Below, piece by piece: positions 20,141 through 29,596 of a stretch of 64,000 nucleotides of DNA (position 1 is its first letter; each line of letters opens with the position of its first letter). Both the position numbers and the translations under genes were made by a program. Source of the DNA: Fidelibacterota bacterium (GTDB lineage Bacteria; Fidelibacterota; SORT01); NCBI GenBank assembly GCA_022571215.1, contig JACZYG010000015.1, forward strand, positions 63-64,062, read 5' to 3'. Under the pieces are notes generated by a model, which did not search any database, was not told the DNA's origin, and saw only the letters and a program-made list of their open reading frames with translations.

Positions 20141-21928
20141 TTGAAAAGAAGACTCACTATTTATTCAGCGCTACTTGCGCTTTTAACACTCTCATGTTCT
20201 GCTGAGGTCATAACGGATGACGCAACACAGGAGAATCCCGCTGTCGCCGAGCTTCACCGACTCTTTGATGACGATTGGGAACTGACACTGATAGAGAATC
20301 CTATCTTTGCGACTATGCTCGGAGACAAGCGTTACAGTGATAGGCTATCAGTTGTTTCTGTCGCTCACAGCGAAGAGCTCAATCAGATAAACAAAGAGTT
20401 TCTTGCGCGTTTGGAAGCGATAGACCGCTCCGCCCTCCCTAAGAACGAAAAGCTGAACTACGACATCTATAAGCTGCTGACCGAAGACGCGGTTGAGAGC
20501 GCTGAATTCAAATCCTACCTCCGACCGATAACGAATAGAGGCGGATTTCATATTTCTTTTCCGGAACTGCCTAACAGGATTCCCCTGAACAATGTAGAGG
20601 ATTACTCGAACTATATCGCTCGTCTGAATGCGTTCAAGGAATATACCGAATCACATATCGCGGTGATGCGTGTCGGAATGGAAGGCGGATACGTCCTTCC
20701 CAAGATAGTTCTTGAGGGCGCCGAGGAGACCATCGAACCGCACATAGTCACCGACGCAACCGAGTCCCTTCTTTACAAACCATTTGAAAAATATCCGAAA
20801 GGAATAGATGAATCCGATCAAGCGCGGTTGACCGGAGCGGGTGTGGACGCTATCATGAACTCGGTCGTTCCCGGTTATAAATTGTTCCTCGATTTCATGG
20901 AGAACGAATATCTGCCCGCATCAAGCGATGAGATCGCCGCTTCCTCCCTGCCGAACGGAAAAGCGTATTACGAATATCGCGTCCGCTCCTTCACCACTTT
21001 AGACGTGACACCGCAGGAGGTTCACGACAGAGGACTGTCGGAGGTCGCGCGTATCCGAGCCGAGATGGACGAGGTTATCAAAGAATCAGGGTTTGAGGGA
21101 GATTTCAAAGCGTTCGTTGAATTCCTCCGCACCGATGACCAATTCTACGTTGACTCGCCCGAACAACTTATGAAGGAAGTCGCCGTCGTTCTTAAAAAAA
21201 TGGACGGGCAACTGCCGAGCCTCTTCGGGAAGCTGCCGAGGATGCCTTACGGAATAAAAAAAGTGCCGGATTTCATCGCGCCGAAAACAACAACCGCATA
21301 TTATAATCGTCCCTCAGGCGACGGCACGAAGGCGGGCTTCTATTTCGTGAATACGTACGATCTGCGTAGCCGACCGACTTACGAAATTCAGGCTCTCTCT
21401 CTGCACGAGGCTGTACCCGGACATCATCTCCAGATAGCGATTCAACAGGAACTTGAGAACCTGCCGACTTTCCGGCTCTACAGCGGTTTTACGGCTTTCA
21501 CAGAAGGTTGGGCGCTCTACGCCGAACGGCTTGGTCTTGAGGTCGGCTTCTACGAGGACCCTTACTCCGATTTCGGTCGACTGACCTACGAGATGTGGCG
21601 GGCGCTCCGTCTCGTCGTTGATACAGGGATGCACTACTTCGGCTGGTCACGACAGCAAGCCATCGACTATATGGCGGAAAACTCCGCCCTGACTCTACAT
21701 AACATCACCACGGAAGTCGACAGGTACATCTCCTGGCCCGGACAGGCGCTTGCCTACAAAACAGGCGAACTGAAAATCCGCGAACTGCGCGCCCGCGCCG
21801 AAGACAAACTTGGCAAATCTTTCGATGTCCGCGCCTTCCACGATGTCGTCCTCGGAAGCGGCTCCGTCCCACTCATGGTCCTTGAAGCCAATGTGGATGA
21901 ATGGATTGCGAGTGAGATGGGGAGGTAG
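20141..21928 (+). CDS. DUF885 family lipoprotein (putative metallopeptidase)
   Basis: HEAVPGHHLQ, FTEGWALYAE, PGQALAYKTG; lipobox LSC. Confidence 0.92.
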   Translation: MKRRLTIYSALLALLTLSCSAEVITDDATQENPAVAELHRLFDDDWELTLIENPIFATMLGDKRYSDRLSVVSVAHSEELNQINKEFLARLEAIDRSALPKNEKLNYDIYKLLTEDAVESAEFKSYLRPITNRGGFHISFPELPNRIPLNNVEDYSNYIARLNAFKEYTESHIAVMRVGMEGGYVLPKIVLEGAEETIEPHIVTDATESLLYKPFEKYPKGIDESDQARLTGAGVDAIMNSVVPGYKLFLDFMENEYLPASSDEIAASSLPNGKAYYEYRVRSFTTLDVTPQEVHDRGLSEVARIRAEMDEVIKESGFEGDFKAFVEFLRTDDQFYVDSPEQLMKEVAVVLKKMDGQLPSLFGKLPRMPYGIKKVPDFIAPKTTTAYYNRPSGDGTKAGFYFVNTYDLRSRPTYEIQALSLHEAVPGHHLQIAIQQELENLPTFRLYSGFTAFTEGWALYAERLGLEVGFYEDPYSDFGRLTYEMWRALRLVVDTGMHYFGWSRQQAIDYMAENSALTLHNITTEVDRYISWPGQALAYKTGELKIRELRARAEDKLGKSFDVRAFHDVVLGSGSVPLMVLEANVDEWIASEMGR

Positions 21929-21952
21929 GAACAAGTGGGTAATAAATCTTCA

Positions 21953-22475
21953 GTGGCAGTCAGGACTTGTGAAGTCTCGCCATTGTGGTGGTCCTGACGC
22001 TGTTTGGCATTTTATTGCGGTCAGGATGAATCCTGACTCGCACACGGGAGGGGAATCTAAGGAAAATATTTTTGAAACGTAGGCCGCCTTTTTTAAATGA
22101 GAGTTCCAGGATATTTTCTATTATGAGCACACCCCGTCCTTCGGACACCCCTCTTTTTAGAGGGGAACTTTAATCCCATCTTCGATGGGATACACGCTGC
22201 TGGGATGAGATGTCAGGCGAGGGGTGTAATCGTTCGGTAACGATAATTTTGGAGTGCATTTACTGCGTCAATGCAACATCAACACAGTTGATGTACTCCA
22301 TATATCACACACTCCATTTTGCCCCGGTGGCAATGCCACACTCAAGGGATGAGGCTTTCCCTGACCCGCACCTTACCGTCTTTCCGAACCTCGATTTATT
22401 GAGGTGAAGGAATCTCAGAACTATCCTCAATCGCAATTATGAGATTGCCGCGTCGCTATGCTCCTCGCAATGACA
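21953..22475. repeat. intergenic palindromic mosaic (C, A, D, B)
   Basis: GTCAGGA..TCCTGAC pair; ACACCCCGTCCTTCGGACACCCCTCT; 51-bp TGGAGTGC element 22250-22300; CGTCTTTCCG...CGCAATGAC pair. Confidence 0.88.
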
Positions 22476-22522
22476 ATCGCAAGCGGTCGCAGTACCTATT
22501 CTAACTCGCGCATTGTTAACTA

Positions 22523-23272
22523 TCATCCCTCCCGCGGTTCCCGCCTTTTTAGCATGAGGTAGAGATAGTAAACGGCGAGGGCGGAAAGAATGTGTTTCAG
22601 CGTGTGACCGCTTAGTAGACCATAGTTGACAGAATAGAGCTCCCGGTCGCTTAATTCGGTGAATTTGGAGAGCATGAATAATCCGAACGCGTAAAGCAGA
22701 TAGCGACCGAGCGTGTACCGTCCCTTATACATAAGGAGAACCGCCGTGATGGCAAGGAATGTGACAGATTGCAAATAGATATAAATTCTCAGGTCGTCCG
22801 TGTAGCGCCAATACAAAACGCTGAGCATTCCGATAACCACTGCCGGAACGAGCAAAAACTTTTCGATTTTAGGGTTCACGAACTCTGTCAGCACGGCGCT
22901 GAATAGCCCCATAAATCCTATCATCATAGGCAATCTGTCCCAGACGAGAGCGGCATCGTTAGGGTTCCAATGGTAATATCCGGAACCGAACGAAACGATA
23001 GTGACGCCAGCGAACATCGTTGTCCATGAGTAGCGCGCCTCACTACTGAGATGTGTGATAGCGAAAACGGAACCAATCATTCCGACTATGAAGAATAGAA
23101 GATTCGAGCTGACGTCGAAGAAATTAGGGATGCCGAAGAACGTTCTGTTATCCGCGAAATTGTGATATGGCTGATACTGCTCGATCTCACCGATGAGCAT
23201 CACCGCAATAAGTAAAACGGCGAAGAGCGATAGGAGTATGATGATCTTCTTATGTTCGTCAAGTTCTTTCAA
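22523..23272 (-). CDS. ceramidase-like (CREST-type) membrane protein
   Basis: YHNFADNR, SNLLF, GSGYYHWNP, WDRLPM, SGHTLKH. Confidence 0.8.
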   Translation of the reverse strand: MKELDEHKKIIILLSLFAVLLIAVMLIGEIEQYQPYHNFADNRTFFGIPNFFDVSSNLLFFIVGMIGSVFAITHLSSEARYSWTTMFAGVTIVSFGSGYYHWNPNDAALVWDRLPMMIGFMGLFSAVLTEFVNPKIEKFLLVPAVVIGMLSVLYWRYTDDLRIYIYLQSVTFLAITAVLLMYKGRYTLGRYLLYAFGLFMLSKFTELSDRELYSVNYGLLSGHTLKHILSALAVYYLYLMLKRREPREG

Positions 23273-23310
23273 CTTTTATCAACCCCTAACCCCCACATAC
23301 CATTAATTAC

Positions 23311-23550
23311 CGTCTTTGCGAGACCTGATTTATCAGGGCGAAGCAATCTCAGATTTTGGGGTAGCAGGAAAGAGATGAGATTGCTTTGTCATCCGTCAAC
23401 TGACGGACGAGGGGTGTCATAGCTCGATGACAATAATTCTGGAAAGAACATCAAAATCACACATCCGTCACTCTGTGCCTCCTCCCTCGAGGGAGGAGGT
23501 TTACACACCCCGCCCGCCAGCCAGACATCGGTCTGGTTGATAGAGGGAAA
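23311..23550. repeat. intergenic palindromic mosaic (B, A)
   Basis: CGTCTTTGCGAGACCTGATTTATCAGGGCGAAGCAATCTC; TTACACACCCCG. Confidence 0.8.
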
Positions 23551-23570
23551 CATTAATCCCCGTTTGTGAA

Positions 23571-25295
23571 TTAAAACAAATTTCCTTCATCGCCCAACAT
23601 CGCCTTACGGATGAGAGGTATCGGAGGTCCACCGAACGACAGGAATTTATCGTGAAATTCCTTCCACGTTCCATTCGTCCCCTTTGCCGCCATCCAATCT
23701 TCACGAAGTTTCCTTATCATCAGTTTGCCCATCGTATAATTCAAATACGGCGGATCGTAAGTACCCCGCGCCGATTGCTGTTCGGCGTTTCCATGATCCT
23801 GATATGCCATTTCTCTGAACATCGTATAAGATTCTTCAACCGTCATCCCTTCAGTGTGCATTCCGATAGAAGAAATTAATCGAACGTTTCGGAGCAGCGC
23901 GTTTTGCAATTGACCGATATGAATTTCCGGATCTCCATCGCTAAATCCCGCTTCCCACATCATCTCCTCGGTGTAGTGCGCCCATCCTTCAGCAAACGCA
24001 TAGCCCACAAAAACCTGACCGAACCTGGATTTTGAGCGATTTGAATGGAGGAACTGCAAAAAATGACCGGGCCATATTTCATGTACGGACACAAATAGCA
24101 GATCGGCGTTTCCGGGAAGGTAATCGTTTTTCTCCTCTTCCGACCATGATTCGTCAGGCGGCGCTATGTAATAGGTGGAGGGTAATCCTTCCTCATATGG
24201 TCCTGGAATATTTATGTAGGCGAAATTCCACGAGGCGTAAGACGGCGCTTCGTCCACTAACGCTATTTCAGTGCCGGGTATTGAAATCAATTCGTTCTCT
24301 ATCAAAAATGTTCTGAGACCCTCTAGCTGTTCTCTCGCTCCTTCGACAGGCCCACCCTTATTTTTGACCGACCGCATTTTGGCGATGCAATCGTATATAG
24401 TAACATCAGGGGCGTATTCATCGCATGCTTCTTGAAGGGCATCGAGATTTCGCCGAAGGTCAGCCTCTCCGACTATTTTCAATTCGGCGAGAGACACGTC
24501 TACCCTTTCGGTCGCCCACAACATCTCTTGATACAGCTCCGCTCCAAGCGCGAAATCCTCAGTCGCATCAGGCAGTTGAGCGACTACCCAATCGTCCAAT
24601 TTTGTCATCGCTGTAATGGCAAGTCCGTTTGCCGCCTTGAATTCCGACTGCAAAACCGGGTCACTGACTTCAGCGAAAACCGTCGGAACATCATCTCGAT
24701 AATATTTCGCTAAGCCGCCAAAAGCTGTGTGCGCAAGATTGGCGAACGTTCTCGGCATCGGTGTTTTGAGATTTGCCATTGCCTGCTCAACCGCTTTGGG
24801 AAGGGCATTCGCGTATTTTGTATATGCTTTCATGCGAACCTCAAGAGGCGCGTATTCACGTGAGATATATACATCCGGATCAAATTGCCAGTAATAGTAA
24901 AGTGGATTATTGTACGGCAGCCGCGCTCTATCCAACTGAAAAAGTTCCTTGTCTATAATACTCACAAGATATTCACGCTCAAAACGCTGCTCTTCGCTTA
25001 GATTGGAAGATTCAAATGCCATAGCGGTATGACGCTGAGAACGCAGCATCGCAATGTTAGCGTTTAAAGACTCGGGACTCCAATCGGGTAAAATCCCGTC
25101 AAATTCATGGCGTCCGGCGCTGACTCCGAATGTCGGATTAGCAACGAAATAACTCTCCATGAAATCGGCTACGAATGAATCCCATTCGGTCGAGGTCAGT
25201 GGTTCAGTCTTCATTGTTTCTTTCTGACACCCAAGACTCAAAAGCGCGCCGGCAAGCAATATGCCGATAAGAAAATTTTGTTTCATCCATTTCAT
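23571..25295 (-). CDS. DUF885 family lipoprotein
   Basis: HEIWPGHFLQ, FAEGWAHYTE, YLNYTMGKL; lipobox LGC. Confidence 0.9.
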   Translation of the reverse strand: MKWMKQNFLIGILLAGALLSLGCQKETMKTEPLTSTEWDSFVADFMESYFVANPTFGVSAGRHEFDGILPDWSPESLNANIAMLRSQRHTAMAFESSNLSEEQRFEREYLVSIIDKELFQLDRARLPYNNPLYYYWQFDPDVYISREYAPLEVRMKAYTKYANALPKAVEQAMANLKTPMPRTFANLAHTAFGGLAKYYRDDVPTVFAEVSDPVLQSEFKAANGLAITAMTKLDDWVVAQLPDATEDFALGAELYQEMLWATERVDVSLAELKIVGEADLRRNLDALQEACDEYAPDVTIYDCIAKMRSVKNKGGPVEGAREQLEGLRTFLIENELISIPGTEIALVDEAPSYASWNFAYINIPGPYEEGLPSTYYIAPPDESWSEEEKNDYLPGNADLLFVSVHEIWPGHFLQFLHSNRSKSRFGQVFVGYAFAEGWAHYTEEMMWEAGFSDGDPEIHIGQLQNALLRNVRLISSIGMHTEGMTVEESYTMFREMAYQDHGNAEQQSARGTYDPPYLNYTMGKLMIRKLREDWMAAKGTNGTWKEFHDKFLSFGGPPIPLIRKAMLGDEGNLF

Positions 25296-25385
25296 CCTTT
25301 TTTTAACTATTTAATATTTGGTAACTCAGTACAGATAAAGCGGGGCGAACATTCCGCATCGCTCTCATCCTGCCTAAACAATTTG

Positions 25386-25456
25386 CTGGGGAACAGGGAT
25401 TCGAACCCCGACCTACGATTCCAGAGACCGCTGTCCTGCCATTAGACTATTCCCCA
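25386..25456 (-). tRNA. tRNA-Gln(CTG)
   Basis: TGGGGAA/TTCCCCA acceptor stem; anticodon arm GCGGT-CTCTGGA-ATCGT; GGTTCGAATCC T loop; CCA not encoded. Confidence 0.95.
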
Positions 25457-25510
25457 ATGTCCAAATAAAATTATATTCTCACCCCGTCAGAGTCAAGTTG
25501 ATTTGATATT

Positions 25511-25577
25511 AATCCCCTCTTGAGAGGGGTGGATTCGAGACTCTTTTGAGTCGAGAAGACGGGGGGTGTCAGGAGTT
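25511..25577 (-). repeat. family-A repeat overlapping DUF559 stop codon
   Basis: Minus strand AACTCCTGACACCCCCCGTCTTCTC...GAATCCACCCCTCTCAAGAGGGGATT. Confidence 0.9.
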
Positions 25578-25943
25578 CTCAATATTTTTTATCATCCAAT
25601 CGTTTATGACTTCCACAACCGCATTTAAATTCTTTCTTACATCAGAATCCTGAAAGCGCAAAACGGTCAAAGGAATTGATTCCAAAATCTTTTGCCTTTT
25701 CATGTCCTGCTCCTGTTTATATGCATGAGTAATGCCATCAATCTCGATAACTAACCTTAAATCGGGAGAAAAGAAATCAACTATAAAGTTACCAATAGGC
25801 TTCTGCCTATGGAAATCTATTCCCATCAACTTTTTCCCTTTTAATTCATTCCAAAGCAATACCTCAGATAACGTGGAATTTTTTCTCAGCATTCGTGCTA
25901 CACGTTTTAACTTGGGATTATATTTGAGATCAATTTTTACCAT
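25569..25943 (-). CDS. DUF559 (Vsr-like/YcjD) endonuclease; likely start ATG 25943
   Basis: ARMLRKNSTLSEVLLW, FHRQKPIGNFIVDFF, VIEIDGITH, VLRF. Confidence 0.92.
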   Translation of the reverse strand: MVKIDLKYNPKLKRVARMLRKNSTLSEVLLWNELKGKKLMGIDFHRQKPIGNFIVDFFSPDLRLVIEIDGITHAYKQEQDMKRQKILESIPLTVLRFQDSDVRKNLNAVVEVINDWMIKNIENS

Positions 25944-25950
25944 GATATAG

Positions 25951-26015
25951 TTACACACCCCGCCCTTCGGGCACCCCTCTCAAGAGGGGATCTTTTATCC
26001 CATCCTTGATGTGAT
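25951..26015 (+). repeat. family-A repeat upstream of DUF559
   Basis: TTACACACCCCGCCCTTCGGGCACCCCTCTCAAGAGGGGAT plus TATCCCATC..GATG extension. Confidence 0.9.
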
Positions 26016-26031
26016 ATATAATTCTAAAGAA

Positions 26032-27522
26032 TCAATTTCCCCGTGAATAGTTGGATAGAATAACGCCGATACGATTCTGAAGTTCGTTCGCCATACTTGT
26101 CGGGACAGCATAATTATTCACGATGAAACTGAAAATAATGTCCTCACCGTCTGCCGTCGTGATATAGCCCGACAGCGACCTGACATAACTGACGTACCCC
26201 GTCTTCGCTCTCATATTCCGTTGAGCATTGGTTCCCCGCATGCGACGACCGATACTTCCGTCAACTCCCGCTATCGGTAGAGAATCATAATAACTGTCAA
26301 AATACTTATGCCCTCTCATGTAACGCAGAAGTGTCGCTACCTGTCGGGTGCTCACAAGGTTCATCCTCGACAGTCCCGAACCGTCCACTATCTTGATACC
26401 GTTTGCATCGATACCGATTCCGCTCAAAAGGGACTTAACAGATTTAATTCCTGCACTCGCGCTCCCCTCATGATTGTATTCCCTGCCGATTGTTTTGAGC
26501 AGTTGCTCCGCGTAAAAATTCTGGCTCGATTTATTCACAGTCCGAATCATCCTGCTCATCGGCGGTGACGTATAAACCGCTACAGTTTGTAATTTATCAT
26601 AATTCGGCTTACGCTTCAGATCGTCACCGTCCTTCGCTTTTCCACCCACAGATATTCCCGCCGACTCAAAGGTTTCTTTGACAACCGTCGCCGTATAAAG
26701 AGTCGGATTTCTGACCGATATCCAATCCGTTTTCGCTTTTTTATTGATCGGAAATTTTCCCCAAAACGTAAACAGATTGCCGGCTGCCGATCTGCTGAAA
26801 TCATAATAAAGAGTAGAATCAGGCAGTGTCGTTTTAATATTATTTTTTATGGTGACGTATTTTGTCGGCGGATCGAGTTCGATAACAGCCTTATCCCCCA
26901 CATTTTCGCCCGGTTTGATACGTACTTTTACGGTATTATCATTGAACGATAGACCGCTAATGCGAGCGGAATAGTAATACGGCTCATCGTCCCAACTCCA
27001 ACCGTACCCCATAGCGACATCGTCGAAATAGTCGTCATCCCCGATGACATCTCCCGTGATTTTTCTGATGCCCATCGCTTTTAGGGAGTCAGCCCACTCC
27101 TGAAAAGTTCCTGTAATATTATTGCCGTTATACCTGCCCGAAATGGTCGGATCACCCGAACCGCGAACGATAAGATTACCGTTAAGAGTTCCATTCGAGA
27201 CGGTTCCGTCATAGTACAATCTGGTTTTATACGTGAAGTTCGGACCGAACCGAACCAACGCCGTTGCCGTGGTAAAGAGCTTTATATTGGATGCCGGAAT
27301 CAGCAGTTTATCCTCGTTATGTCTGTAAAGCACCTCCCTCGTATCAGGAGCTTCGATATAAACTCCCCAACTCGCCGAAGCGAAAGCGGGATCCGCGATG
27401 AGGTGGTCAACTTCCGCTTTGAGCCTCTCTAACGGAGTATCGTTTCCGACTTTGCCCGCCGCGCAGCCAAAAGAGATAGTTAGTAAGAATAACATTATAA
27501 TAGGCATAAACTTGTTCATCAA
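26032..27522 (-). CDS. dacB: D-alanyl-D-alanine carboxypeptidase/endopeptidase (PBP4, S13)
   Basis: PASNIK (SxxK), SQN (SxN), AKTG; GSGDP. Confidence 0.95.
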   Translation of the reverse strand: MMNKFMPIIMLFLLTISFGCAAGKVGNDTPLERLKAEVDHLIADPAFASASWGVYIEAPDTREVLYRHNEDKLLIPASNIKLFTTATALVRFGPNFTYKTRLYYDGTVSNGTLNGNLIVRGSGDPTISGRYNGNNITGTFQEWADSLKAMGIRKITGDVIGDDDYFDDVAMGYGWSWDDEPYYYSARISGLSFNDNTVKVRIKPGENVGDKAVIELDPPTKYVTIKNNIKTTLPDSTLYYDFSRSAAGNLFTFWGKFPINKKAKTDWISVRNPTLYTATVVKETFESAGISVGGKAKDGDDLKRKPNYDKLQTVAVYTSPPMSRMIRTVNKSSQNFYAEQLLKTIGREYNHEGSASAGIKSVKSLLSGIGIDANGIKIVDGSGLSRMNLVSTRQVATLLRYMRGHKYFDSYYDSLPIAGVDGSIGRRMRGTNAQRNMRAKTGYVSYVRSLSGYITTADGEDIIFSFIVNNYAVPTSMANELQNRIGVILSNYSRGN

Positions 27523-28544
27523 TCAACTCCGATAGGTTCGACTCCGATGCCCGGTTTGTCGGGGAGGAGCAGTTTTCCGTCTTTAATATCAATTCCTCTA
27601 AACGGGTCGTTAGAAAGAAGCAGGTTTCCATCGAGGTCCGCCCAATCAGCAAGCGGCGACAGATGCGCAGCCGCTCCGATAGCGATAGAACTCTCGCACA
27701 TGCAGCCGAGCATTATCTTTAATCCGTAAGAGCGCGCGGTGTGAATCATTTTCAACGCTTCAGTAGGACCTCCGCACTTCATCAACTTAATATTCAGAGC
27801 GTCAAACGCATAAGCTATCTTCGGAATGTCCTCTTTGACAATGCTATTCTCATCAGCGACTATGGGCAGAGGCGAACGTTCCTTCAGCCAGGCGGTGTCA
27901 TCCAATTTATCAGCGGGAAGCGGCTGTTCGATAAATTCAACGTTTTGTCCCGCGAGCCATTCTATCTTCTCAAGCGCTTCCTCTTTGCTCCAACCCTCAT
28001 TCGCATCAACCCGGATCGGCTTGTCGGTCAGCTCACGTATAGCCAGTATTATCTCTTTGTCGTTATCAAGACCTTGTTTTACCTTTAAAATCGGATAGAT
28101 TTCAGCCTCTTTTACCTTCTGTTTGATAACATCGATCTCGTCAATGCCTATGGTGAATGTAGAAACAAGCGATTTCATCGGGTCCAAACCCCATAAACGA
28201 TATAACGGCTGCCCCAAAAGTTTCCCCTGCAAATCCCAATACGCGATGTTTATGGCGGCGATAGCCGATGGAGTCATAAGTGGATTCGTTCGGCAAGCTG
28301 AGTCAATATCTTCCAGTTTGAACGGGTCGCTAAACGGTTCTGAGTCAAAATCGATGCTTGCGAGAGCCGCGTTCACCTTTCCGGCATCTTCGTCATACCT
28401 CAAGGTCGGAACCGCTTCACCATAGGCGGTTACACCGTTATATTCAAGTGTCAGTATAATAGAATCGTAGTGTGTCCGAGTGCTTCTAGCTATGGTAAAC
28501 GGGTGTATCAGGTTCAGTCTGACGTCTTTCCACTCCGCTTTCAA
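27519..28544 (-). CDS. dipeptide epimerase (enolase superfamily; AE epimerase/DgcA-like)
   Basis: LKVK, RVDANEGW, IEQP, ADEN, NIKLMKCGG, DLDG. Confidence 0.92.
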   Translation of the reverse strand: MKAEWKDVRLNLIHPFTIARSTRTHYDSIILTLEYNGVTAYGEAVPTLRYDEDAGKVNAALASIDFDSEPFSDPFKLEDIDSACRTNPLMTPSAIAAINIAYWDLQGKLLGQPLYRLWGLDPMKSLVSTFTIGIDEIDVIKQKVKEAEIYPILKVKQGLDNDKEIILAIRELTDKPIRVDANEGWSKEEALEKIEWLAGQNVEFIEQPLPADKLDDTAWLKERSPLPIVADENSIVKEDIPKIAYAFDALNIKLMKCGGPTEALKMIHTARSYGLKIMLGCMCESSIAIGAAAHLSPLADWADLDGNLLLSNDPFRGIDIKDGKLLLPDKPGIGVEPIGVD

Positions 28545-29596
28545 TTTTTCCCCCTCACGCCATCTAAAATTGCCCCTCCCAATTTATCAGGACCGAACCT
28601 TACCGGGTCATCCACCGGGAGACCCGTTTCCTCTTCCGCATCTTTAATGGCAATTCGAGCCTCATCCTCGGATAGCTCTGAGGTATCGAGACTTACTCCG
28701 ATAACATCAATCTCTCTAAAAGGTTTCATGACCGCTTTATGAAGCTCTATCGCCTCCGTCAGAGTAGGCAGGTTCGTGCCGTAATCGTTCACTTTTCTTG
28801 AAGGTTCGTGACATAGTATGATCCCGTCGGGCATCGAGCCGTGTATAAGTCCCAATGTAACACCGCTGTATCCCTGATGAAAGAGTGAACCTTGTCCCTC
28901 AATAAGCAGTAGATCAAAATCTTTATCTACTTTCATGATCTCCGATTCAATCGAACCCGCTATAAAATCACTTACTACAGCATCGACACATACTCCTTTA
29001 TCGGTAAATAGGAGACCGGTCTGTCCTGTGGCGATGAACACACTATTTAGTGTACTCTTATCCAAAAAGCCTATAAGTTGTATAAGTGTGGTCATTTTCC
29101 CGATTGCGACATCGGTTCCGACAGTGAGCAGAACATATGACGAACGTTCCCGCCACTTGTCTTCCGATACGACAAGGTCAGCTGGTGGTTTACGCAGATC
29201 AATGATCTCTACCTTATTTGCTCTTGCAGCTGCAGCGAATTCATTATCATCGTTTAGAAAAGCGTGTAATCCGCTAACTATATCAAGTCCTTCTCCTATG
29301 GCATCGAGCACTATAGGCCGCCATTCATCGGGGAGATCGCCGCCAATCGGAGCAATACCAATTAAAAGAGCGTTTGGTGAATACTTAAGAGTTTCTTGAA
29401 ACGATGAAACAACCGGTGTATCACCGCCATACCCTATCAGTTCCTCCGCGGTTTTACCCGCTTGAGTGCTGTCAATCAGCGCCGCGGCAGAATCAGGAAT
29501 GAACCTGAGCACCGCATTTGCGGTTTTTGATTCTTTCGGATTGAATTTTCCTTCCGCAAGTATGGCGTATCGGACACTGCTTCTCTTTATAGTCAA
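28541..29596 (-). CDS. DUF1611 family protein (DgcN-like N-acetyltransferase)
   Basis: SKTA, GIAPIGG, VGTDVAIGKMTT, ATGQTG, IEGQGSL. Confidence 0.9.
   Translation of the reverse strand: MTIKRSSVRYAILAEGKFNPKESKTANAVLRFIPDSAAALIDSTQAGKTAEELIGYGGDTPVVSSFQETLKYSPNALLIGIAPIGGDLPDEWRPIVLDAIGEGLDIVSGLHAFLNDDNEFAAAARANKVEIIDLRKPPADLVVSEDKWRERSSYVLLTVGTDVAIGKMTTLIQLIGFLDKSTLNSVFIATGQTGLLFTDKGVCVDAVVSDFIAGSIESEIMKVDKDFDLLLIEGQGSLFHQGYSGVTLGLIHGSMPDGIILCHEPSRKVNDYGTNLPTLTEAIELHKAVMKPFREIDVIGVSLDTSELSEDEARIAIKDAEEETGLPVDDPVRFGPDKLGGAILDGVRGKN

Noticed and set aside
25386-25456. tRNA-Gln or tRNA-Leu as integration site
   Set aside because: No duplicated tRNA 3' end or integrase seen in the window.
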